This document shows, piece by piece, positions 1-6,081 of a stretch of 6,200 nucleotides of DNA. Below the pieces are notes generated by a model. That model made no database searches, was not told the origin of the DNA, and saw only the letters and a list, made by a program, of their open reading frames with translations. The translations under genes were made by a program, and so were the position numbers. The DNA is from an uncultured archaeon (lineage in GTDB: Archaea; Asgardarchaeota; Lokiarchaeia; Sigyniarchaeales; Promethearchaeaceae), in the NCBI GenBank assembly GCA_964426185.1, contig CAYRPF010000115.1, positions 1 to 6,200 on the forward strand. The letters are read 5' to 3'. The stretch's first letter is position 1; every line of letters begins with the position of its first letter.

Positions 1-197
1 TAAAGATTTAAGCTAAAAGGGAGTTTTATTTTTTTCTTATCAAGAATGTCTTTGATTATTTGGTTATGTACTAATTGAATTTTAATATATTTGCTTGAAT
101 TCCATTGTTCATAACTTTTCTTCAGGCAAATTTCAAATTTATCCGTTGGTTCATTAGGAAAAGGATATTTTTTATTTGATTTTGGATCGAATTGCAT
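1..197 (-). CDS. Partial hypothetical protein (N-terminal 65 codons, runs off the left edge); not in the ORF track
   Basis: ATG at 197-195, then an open frame to base 1: MQFDPKSNKKYPFPNEPTDKFEICLKKSYEQWNSSKYIKIQLVHNQIIKDILDKKKIKLPFSLNL. 65 stop-free codons in very AT-rich DNA. Starts 5 nt after the stop of the 203-361 ORF. No family recognised. Confidence 0.55.
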   Translation of the reverse strand, partial: MQFDPKSNKKYPFPNEPTDKFEICLKKSYEQWNSSKYIKIQLVHNQIIKDILDKKKIKLPFSLNL

Positions 198-202
198 AAT
201 TA

Positions 203-361
203 TTAATCAAATTTCGATTTTTTAAAAAAAATTCGATTTATAAATAAGGTAAATGTGAAATTTCTCATTCCATTAAGTAAATGATGTAAATAAATATAGA
301 ATTCTTCTGCAGAAAGGATCGATTTCCAATCCTTTCCAGTGGATTTTTCCTGCTTACTCAT
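203..361 (-). pseudogene. Short ORF, possibly a 5' remnant of a methionine sulfoxide reductase B-like gene
   Basis: The track's TTG start at 424 is unlikely; ATGs at 370 (MDT) and 361 (MSKQEK). MSKQEKSTGKDWKSILSAEEFYI resembles the MsrB N-terminal helix (W-K-x-x-L-[ST]-x-E-[QE]-[FY]-x-[VI]-L-R), but the expected following GTE motif is absent and the tail is low-complexity and AT-rich. Confidence 0.3.
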
Positions 362-506
362 AGTATCCATAATAACTATTCGGAGTAAAAAACAATTTGC
401 TGAATTCTTGAAACTAAAAAGCAAATGATACTTATTTTTCTAAGGTGAAACTTGAAATTTTTTATTGGGTTGCCCGTCTCGGCGTAAAATCTAACCTAAA
501 CAAATC

Positions 507-566
507 AATCCACAAAAAATTTCACAAACGATTTAACAAAGAATTTCACAAAGGATTTCACGAACG
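507..566. repeat. Imperfect 12-bp tandem repeat, 5 units, consensus ATTTCACAAANN
   Basis: AATCCACAAAAA (507-518), ATTTCACAAACG (519-530), ATTTAACAAAGA (531-542), ATTTCACAAAGG (543-554), ATTTCACGAACG (555-566), followed by a partial ATTG. Confidence 0.9.
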
Positions 567-570
567 ATTG

Positions 571-582
571 AAATAAAAAAAA
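571..582 (-). terminator. Oligo-T terminator-like tract downstream of the DUF4956 gene
   Basis: Minus strand reads TTTTTTTTATTT about 30 nt after the tandem TAA TAA stops (613-608). Archaeal intrinsic terminators are U-tracts, but the AT-rich background lowers specificity. Confidence 0.4.
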
Positions 583-610
583 TTAATAATATTAAATGGG
601 CATTGTTTTA

Positions 611-1372
611 TTAGATTTCAGTGGTATTGGCGCCGCTGATTAATTTTACGTCAAAAATCTTAGCTTCAGCCTGTAAATTCGAGATGAGATCTGTTTTAAC
701 TCCGAAATTATCGCCGTCATCTCCACGTTTTAAGAGACTTATCAACTTGTTTTTCTTTTTAAATGTAACCATAAATGATAAGCGGTTTTGGGTTTCGTTT
801 ACGGCATCAATACCTAAAATGGAATATTCTTTCAGGTTCTTGGTAAAAAGGGGGGATATTATAGGACCATAGTCAAAATTTTTATCCACAGTTAACTCCA
901 AGATATCTTGTTCGAAATTTTTCTGACCGAATTGGGTATAATACATGGCAAATATTAATCCACAACCTATTATTGTAAAAATTATGGCCAATGCATAGAA
1001 GCGAACACCGCACGCCATCCCGATTACCATTACAAAGAAAATAAAACCAACATCCCTGGTTTCTTTTACAGCATTTCTAAACCTGACAATTGATAAAGCT
1101 CCTACTAATGTAAAAGCACGGGCTATGTCAGTTCCTACAATTAGCATTACGATCGATACAATTGCTCCCAAAAGGACCAAAGTTTGGGTAAAAGATTGAG
1201 AATAGGACAACCCCTTATGGGTATACCTATATACAACTGCAATTGAAAATGAGAGTAAAATACTCCAGAACAAACAAATCATACCATCTGCAAAAGTCAG
1301 CGAGACCAATTCTGGATTAAACGTTTGGAACGAATCTTCTATAAATTTCTGTATAAATGTTTCTGCAATCAT
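611..1372 (-). CDS. DUF4956 family membrane protein (N-terminal multi-TM domain plus C-terminal soluble alpha/beta domain)
   Basis: Family-typical motifs YRYTHKGLSYSQSFTQTLVLL, GALSIVRFRNAVKETRDVGFIFF and IGMACG; several hydrophobic helices; adjacent to a VTC gene as is usual for this family. Start reassigned to ATG 1372 because the track's GTG at 1381 lies within the AAGGTG ribosome-binding site. Confidence 0.9.
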   Translation of the reverse strand: MIAETFIQKFIEDSFQTFNPELVSLTFADGMICLFWSILLSFSIAVVYRYTHKGLSYSQSFTQTLVLLGAIVSIVMLIVGTDIARAFTLVGALSIVRFRNAVKETRDVGFIFFVMVIGMACGVRFYALAIIFTIIGCGLIFAMYYTQFGQKNFEQDILELTVDKNFDYGPIISPLFTKNLKEYSILGIDAVNETQNRLSFMVTFKKKNKLISLLKRGDDGDNFGVKTDLISNLQAEAKIFDVKLISGANTTEI

Positions 1373-1378
1373 TTTTAG

Positions 1379-1384
1379 CACCTT
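1379..1384 (-). promoter_or_regulatory. Shine-Dalgarno site for the DUF4956 gene
   Basis: Minus strand gaaAAGGTGctaaaaATG, 6-nt spacer. Confidence 0.65.
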
Positions 1385-1427
1385 TTCATTTCATGTTTAT
1401 TTTTTATTTGAATTTTATCAATACTGG

Positions 1428-1441
1428 AAAAAAAAAGAAAA
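1428..1441 (-). terminator. Oligo-T tract between the VTC and DUF4956 genes
   Basis: Minus strand TTTTCTTTTTTTTT beginning about 17 nt after the VTC stop codon. Confidence 0.4.
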
Positions 1442-1457
1442 GCAATTGGTAAAATTT

Positions 1458-2213
1458 TCATACTAAACTCACAGTATGAGTTTTTTGCAACCCATGAGCG
1501 AATTTAGAGACTTTTTCCGCCCGTACATTCTTCACATTCAAGAATTTGGTTGCCCAAATTGGAATTTTGTTGGTAAATTTTACTTCCATAACTACCACTT
1601 CTGGAGGAAGTATAAAATGTGTCCCCGTTCCATTGTGTAAATCGAAATCACATGAACGAACTTGTACTTTGCTGTCAAAGGTAATGCGAAAACGGGGATC
1701 TTTATTGCCTAAAAATGCCTGTCGCTGGTATACAACAACGCAAACGGGATACAAGTGGAATTTACGGTGGAGAAACCAAATCTCTTCCAAAGTGCGACGT
1801 TCTTTGGGAGATAATGAATTAAAATGTAGTGCTGCTTCATTTGAATTTTCATCCATTATCGATTTCCAATTTTGCATTGGGGCAACAATTCGAGATTTGC
1901 TGACATTTTCTCCGAATTTCCGCTTAATCTCCAGAAATACCATCTCATCATTTCCAAAGCTATTTCCATTCATACTACTATTTGGATAATATCTAACTCT
2001 CAGTTTTTTGCGAACGTTTAAGCCGTTTATCTTCTCCTGTAACGCTTTACGAACCGGAGAATCGTAGTAAACACTTCTTACTTCATAATTTATCCCATTG
2101 GATGTATGAGAATCTAAATGCATGAAGTTTTTCAAATACTGAATCATTTTGTCACGCTGGGCTAAGCTGATTCGATATTTAATTTCATACCGGTTAAAAT
2201 ATGTTTGAATCAT
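1458..2213 (-). CDS. VTC-domain (polyphosphate polymerase, CYTH/TTM tunnel fold) protein
   Basis: Motifs in order: RYEIKY, SVYYDS, EKINGLNVRKKLRVRYY, FLEIKRK, KSR, YQRQAF, RITFD, VMEVKF, P-x-W, SKF. No TM segment and no SPX domain. Confidence 0.93.
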   Translation of the reverse strand: MIQTYFNRYEIKYRISLAQRDKMIQYLKNFMHLDSHTSNGINYEVRSVYYDSPVRKALQEKINGLNVRKKLRVRYYPNSSMNGNSFGNDEMVFLEIKRKFGENVSKSRIVAPMQNWKSIMDENSNEAALHFNSLSPKERRTLEEIWFLHRKFHLYPVCVVVYQRQAFLGNKDPRFRITFDSKVQVRSCDFDLHNGTGTHFILPPEVVVMEVKFTNKIPIWATKFLNVKNVRAEKVSKFAHGLQKTHTVSLV

Positions 2214-2216
2214 TTA

Positions 2217-2223
2217 ATCACCT
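2217..2223 (-). promoter_or_regulatory. Archaeal-type Shine-Dalgarno site for the VTC gene
   Basis: Minus strand TGAaaacAGGTGATtaaATG. AGGTGAT is complementary to the 16S 3' tail AUCACCU. Only 14 nt separate the CotH stop from the VTC start, supporting an operon. Confidence 0.8.
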
Positions 2224-2227
2224 GTTT

Positions 2228-4843
2228 TCAATGTTTTTTTGATTGAAAGGCCAAAATCGTTAGTTTTTTTTGTTTCTGGCGGTATCTTTTTTGGAAAATG
2301 AAAATAAGACCGATTAAACAGCAGGTGCTGAAAAGTACCCCCGCAAATAATGAATCCGCGCTGGAATCTTTACCTTCATCAACAATTTCTACATTTTCAC
2401 CACCAGGAGTAGGAATAGGAAGATAATACATCCAAGTCTCGGATCCATCAGGAATTCGACCTTGGGAATAATCCGTAATTGAATCTGCTAAAAATACATT
2501 ATCAATCACGGTTCTTCCATCTGAAGCTAACAATGCCAGTGCTTCTCCCTTTCCACTGAGTTTGAAGTTTGTTTGAAGGTTCTCGGCTGAATTTAGACCA
2601 CTGGCCCAGATAATTAAATATTCTCCAGCCGATAAAGATAAATTGTCAGGAAAGCGCCACAAGGTTGGATCTTCTAAATTATCTGTTAGATAAAGCCCAT
2701 CTAATTCCACCGTTGAATTACCACGGTTATATATTTCAATCCAATCAGCAGTTAATCCACTTGAATAAGGATCTTCTATTGTTTGACTGTTTTCGGCTAA
2801 AACTTCATTAATTACCAAAGTGGTGGGATAGTTTATTTTTGAATCATCCATCTGATTGGAGCTATTTGGAGAAGGATGATCTGTAAACATATACCACTGA
2901 TTTGCACCATCTGGATAACGTCCAAGTGAGTTGTTTGATTTAAGTTGCGAAATATTTACTTGATCTATTTTCACCTCGTTTTCATTTTCATTTTGAAAAA
3001 ATAGGTATAACATCGATTTTTCTGATTCAATTTCAGAAATTTTTAAGGGTATTTGGAATGCAAGTGGGGCACCTGGTTTAAGTTCATGATTATTCCCTGA
3101 ATAATTTCCCACACGCCATTTTAAAGGCTCTGTTAAATCATCAGTTAGGAAAAAAGAACTGATATTTATTATACCAGGGCTGTTATTATAGAGTTCTACC
3201 CAAATTTCTCCATCTGAATCATTGTAATTATCCTCGATCTTGCTAAATCCTATTTCATTAATAATCACCTCGTTCGGATTAGCATAATCTTGAAGCCAAT
3301 TCCTTAAATATGCTTTACGTGTGGTAACAAAATTCTTTAAACCGTATATCAGCATTCTTTGGCTGGAAAGATCTTGAATCAAGTTCGATTCTGAATCCTC
3401 AATGGTAAACAAGGCATTTGGATCTGCCGCTAAATCCGTTTTAATTAAATTCCAATACTTTTCGACCGAAGATTCCATTATATCCCATGAAAAATGATTC
3501 GTTAGTATTTCTGCCATGAAAGTCAAATATATTCTATTATATTCTGGAATTGAAAGCAAATTCTCAATTAATGGCCGGGCATTGGAAAGTTGACCGAATG
3601 GATCTTCTGGGGGATTAATCGGTGGCATGGGTGGATGATTTTCCCCTGCATTTTCTATAACATCTTCATTTTGTATAAAATCTGTCTCGTTTCTAGCACC
3701 TATTGGGAGATCGTTAGTTGTCGAGGTAGGGGTCCAAAATGGGTCTAAATTTAATGGTGTTTCATTTTCATCCAAACCATACGTAAAAGTTCCGAAAGCC
3801 ATATTTGCATCCCATAGAAGAAAAACAAATTGACCTGTGTCTTGACGATGATAGAGATAATAATTATGTGCTGAACCGATATAGGAATCTAAACTGCTGA
3901 AGATGTTTAAAAGTGCCAATGAATAGAGGGTGGAGTTGATATCCAATATTTTTTCAAGATTTTCTTTATAGTCTTTGGTGATATCTTGGTTTAAAGCCTT
4001 AGTTAATGATATTAGGTCGGAATAATCGTTGAACTCTTCGTTATTTTTTAGTTCATATTTACTCGAATACTGATCTTGGGAGTCTCCGAGATATTCTAAA
4101 GTTCCTGCAGTCTCAGCGCGGTAAAGATTTCCATCTTCATGGGATCCGAAGCGACTTTCAAAAAACACATCATCAATTTGTTCCACCACAGTGTAAAATC
4201 CATAATACTCACCATTAATGAAAACTTTAGCAAAACTGCAACGGATGGTGGGAACATACTCATTTGCTACATCCCAAAATATTTTTTCTCTCAACATTGT
4301 GGGATCTGAGAAGCCATTATTTAGATTTAATTTTTGAAGACCGTAGAAGTTGCAACTTTGGTTATATTCATTAAAATCTAATCTAAAAGATTTTTTGGTC
4401 CCACTTTGTTGGAAACTGGAATGACCTTTCATATTAATTCCTATTTCTGCTTCAAAGTCTTGATATTTGAATGTAACGGGAAAATATGGACCCTCCGCAT
4501 CATTTTGATGGGATTGGTATAGAGTATCGTACCAATTTTCGTCCTCAAATTCCAAGAATATTTCATGAATCTGCTCTGAGGCGAAAAATTCATCACTCTT
4601 TTCGAATAAACTGGTTAAGGTGGTGAGATTTTCGAAAACAGTTTGTGTAGCACTTGATTCAGGAGTTTTTATATACTCCTCGGGGGTATTAGTGTTCCAA
4701 AGGGAATTACTAGTCTCAGAATTGAATCCCAAATATTGAATACTATTTAAAAATTGCAGAAAAAACATGAAAATCATAAATAAGGATAAATATACTGCAA
4801 ATCTCCTTATTTTTCCATTTTCTAAAAATGCTCTCGAAGCCAT
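2228..4843 (-). CDS. CotH kinase family protein with N-terminal signal/TM, two lamin-tail domains (LTD) and a C-terminal membrane anchor
   Basis: N-terminal RRFAVYLSLFMIFMFFLQFL. CotH motifs GINMKGHSS, KKSFRLDF, GLQKLNLNN, DPTMLRE, INGEYYGFYTVVEQID, GNLY, DSY..SAHNYYLY, WDANMAFG. Two LTD repeats (IINEI..WVELYN..FLTDD..SLGRYPDG..PSP at about 3270-2860; VINEV..DWIEIYN..YLTDN..SQGRIPDG..PTPG at about 2820-2394). C-terminal TM LFAGVLFSTCCLIGLIFIF followed by the basic tail QKRYRQKQKK. Confidence 0.92.
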   Translation of the reverse strand: MASRAFLENGKIRRFAVYLSLFMIFMFFLQFLNSIQYLGFNSETSNSLWNTNTPEEYIKTPESSATQTVFENLTTLTSLFEKSDEFFASEQIHEIFLEFEDENWYDTLYQSHQNDAEGPYFPVTFKYQDFEAEIGINMKGHSSFQQSGTKKSFRLDFNEYNQSCNFYGLQKLNLNNGFSDPTMLREKIFWDVANEYVPTIRCSFAKVFINGEYYGFYTVVEQIDDVFFESRFGSHEDGNLYRAETAGTLEYLGDSQDQYSSKYELKNNEEFNDYSDLISLTKALNQDITKDYKENLEKILDINSTLYSLALLNIFSSLDSYIGSAHNYYLYHRQDTGQFVFLLWDANMAFGTFTYGLDENETPLNLDPFWTPTSTTNDLPIGARNETDFIQNEDVIENAGENHPPMPPINPPEDPFGQLSNARPLIENLLSIPEYNRIYLTFMAEILTNHFSWDIMESSVEKYWNLIKTDLAADPNALFTIEDSESNLIQDLSSQRMLIYGLKNFVTTRKAYLRNWLQDYANPNEVIINEIGFSKIEDNYNDSDGEIWVELYNNSPGIINISSFFLTDDLTEPLKWRVGNYSGNNHELKPGAPLAFQIPLKISEIESEKSMLYLFFQNENENEVKIDQVNISQLKSNNSLGRYPDGANQWYMFTDHPSPNSSNQMDDSKINYPTTLVINEVLAENSQTIEDPYSSGLTADWIEIYNRGNSTVELDGLYLTDNLEDPTLWRFPDNLSLSAGEYLIIWASGLNSAENLQTNFKLSGKGEALALLASDGRTVIDNVFLADSITDYSQGRIPDGSETWMYYLPIPTPGGENVEIVDEGKDSSADSLFAGVLFSTCCLIGLIFIFQKRYRQKQKKLTILAFQSKKH

Positions 4844-4925
4844 TAGTCATCTACTCTGAATATTTTCTATATTTCTCGATAATTGAATCGCAGTGATAGG
4901 AAATAATTATCTAATAGTGAAAAGC

Positions 4926-4949
4926 GGAAAAAAAGATATAAATGGTTTC
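4926..4949. promoter_or_regulatory. Putative bidirectional archaeal BRE/TATA promoter core
   Basis: Minus strand GAAAccaTTTATAT (toward cotH); plus strand GGAAAAAAAG-ATATAAAT (toward the wHTH gene). Both use the same TATA element at about 4936-4943. Confidence 0.6.
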
Positions 4950-4987
4950 AGAACTTTGGTATTACCTAATAGAACATTGTTCTGAAA
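4946..4987. promoter_or_regulatory. Candidate operator: nested inverted repeats
   Basis: TTTCAGAAC (4946-4954)...GTTCTGAAA (4979-4987) is a perfect 9-bp inverted repeat; also AGAACA-T-TGTTCT (4971-4983) and GGTA-T-TACC (4958-4966). Confidence 0.6.
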
Positions 4988-5017
4988 GATTTCTTTAAGA
5001 GAAGGGATATAATTACC

Positions 5018-5317
5018 ATGGTGACCTCCAAATATCGCTCATCGAATATGATCATATTATCTATATTAGAAGCGATATTTCGTGCAGAACAAGGGCATTA
5101 TTTGACTAAAAAAGGGATTGTGAAATCCCATCTCTTGAAGAGTTGCAAATTGAAGGCTAGCACGGCAGAAAAATACTTAACTAAAATGGAACAAGCAGGA
5201 TATATAGTATCCAGTAAAGAGCCATGGGGTGAAAGGGAAATTATCATCTACAATTTGACAGAAAAAGGAAAAGAACGCTATAGGTGGTTTATGCAAATTA
5301 ATGCGGAATTAGAATAA
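5018..5317 (+). CDS. Winged helix-turn-helix transcriptional regulator (archaeal COG3432 / HTH_45-like)
   Basis: Pattern YRS..II.SIL ... KSHL...CKL...TAEKYL..M..AGYI ... YNLTEKG; 99 aa, DNA-binding domain only; purine-rich GAGAAGGGA upstream of the ATG. Confidence 0.85.
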   Translation: MVTSKYRSSNMIILSILEAIFRAEQGHYLTKKGIVKSHLLKSCKLKASTAEKYLTKMEQAGYIVSSKEPWGEREIIIYNLTEKGKERYRWFMQINAELE

Positions 5318-5376
5318 ATCGGAGATATCTATGACTATAAAGAGCAAATGTACTGGTTAAAGGAGAGAAATGGTAT

Positions 5377-6060
5377 ATGGTTAATGAAAAAAGTGAAATC
5401 GAAAATAATATCCAGCAGAACAGTTTAAAATATCTGCATAATCAAGAAAGGTACCTCTTTATAAGCATTTTGTTTCCAATATATTCCATTATCGTGCAAA
5501 TAGTAAATATAGTATATATAATTAAAATTTTGAAACGTCCCCCTCCTCCCCAACATCCTCCTTTACCGGTACTTGATATTATTACTCCATTTATTGTGTT
5601 TTTAATGATCTCATTATTTGCCCTCATGAAATTCATCTTTTTGATGCTGTTAAGGAAGAAATCCAAAAACGTTCAAAATTATTTTAAGGGGTTGGAAAAT
5701 CAAAATCAAATGAAGGACAATGAAGAACCCAGTAAAATTCCCTCTTTAATCAAAATTTTATATGATTTAATTAAATACATGAATATAGTTAGATTTTTGT
5801 TTTTACTTATTAATATTACATTTGTGTTTTATCTGCAATGGTCAATTAGATTTATTTTAACTTATCTTCACTTAATTCCTCCCGGACCTCTGCCTCCAAA
5901 CTTGGTATTTCACGTATTAAACAGTATTTCAGAGTTTGGTTTATTTATTTACATGTTTTTTGAGTGGCATCATTTCCTACGGTGGAACAAAAAAATTAGG
6001 AAAATTGAACACTTTGAAAAGCTAGTTTTTGATGAAATCAATATAGAAAAAAATAAATGA
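5377..6060 (+). CDS. Hypothetical 4-TM membrane protein with two proline-rich loops
   Basis: Four hydrophobic segments; loops RPPPPQHPPLP (TM1-TM2) and IPPGPLPPN (TM3-TM4); Lys-rich central loop and C-terminal tail; AAGGAG upstream; 59 nt downstream of the wHTH gene on the same strand. Confidence 0.8.
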   Translation: MVNEKSEIENNIQQNSLKYLHNQERYLFISILFPIYSIIVQIVNIVYIIKILKRPPPPQHPPLPVLDIITPFIVFLMISLFALMKFIFLMLLRKKSKNVQNYFKGLENQNQMKDNEEPSKIPSLIKILYDLIKYMNIVRFLFLLINITFVFYLQWSIRFILTYLHLIPPGPLPPNLVFHVLNSISEFGLFIYMFFEWHHFLRWNKKIRKIEHFEKLVFDEINIEKNK

Positions 6061-6081
6061 AATCTTTATTTAAAGATCGTG

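Noticed and set aside
209-239. TCGA-T6-A8-TTCGA quasi-palindrome
   Set aside because: Mostly homopolymer pairing, expected by chance in AT-rich DNA.
467-484. Small GC-rich patch GGGTTGCCCGTCTCGGCG
   Set aside because: Only a 3-bp stem; too short to interpret.
507-566. CRISPR array
   Set aside because: The 12-bp units are contiguous with no unique spacers, and no cas genes are present.
621-872. 83-aa plus-strand ORF
   Set aside because: Antisense shadow inside the DUF4956 gene; no recognisable motifs.
1546-1989. 147-aa plus-strand ORF
   Set aside because: Antisense shadow of the well-supported VTC gene.
2394-3270. Lamin-tail domains as a eukaryotic signature or nuclear-lamin homologue
   Set aside because: LTDs are common in secreted prokaryotic enzymes, and there is no coiled-coil rod.
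2228-4843. Evidence of sporulation (spore coat protein cotH)
   Set aside because: CotH kinase domains are widespread in non-sporulating organisms, and the architecture and context differ from Bacillus cotH.
5442-5666. 74-aa minus-strand ORF with a Gly run
   Set aside because: The Gly run is the reverse complement of the Pro codons of the 4-TM gene.
6062-6077. ATCTTTA-TT-TAAAGAT palindrome after the 4-TM stop as a terminator
   Set aside because: Weak AT-rich stem with no following U-tract; function cannot be supported.
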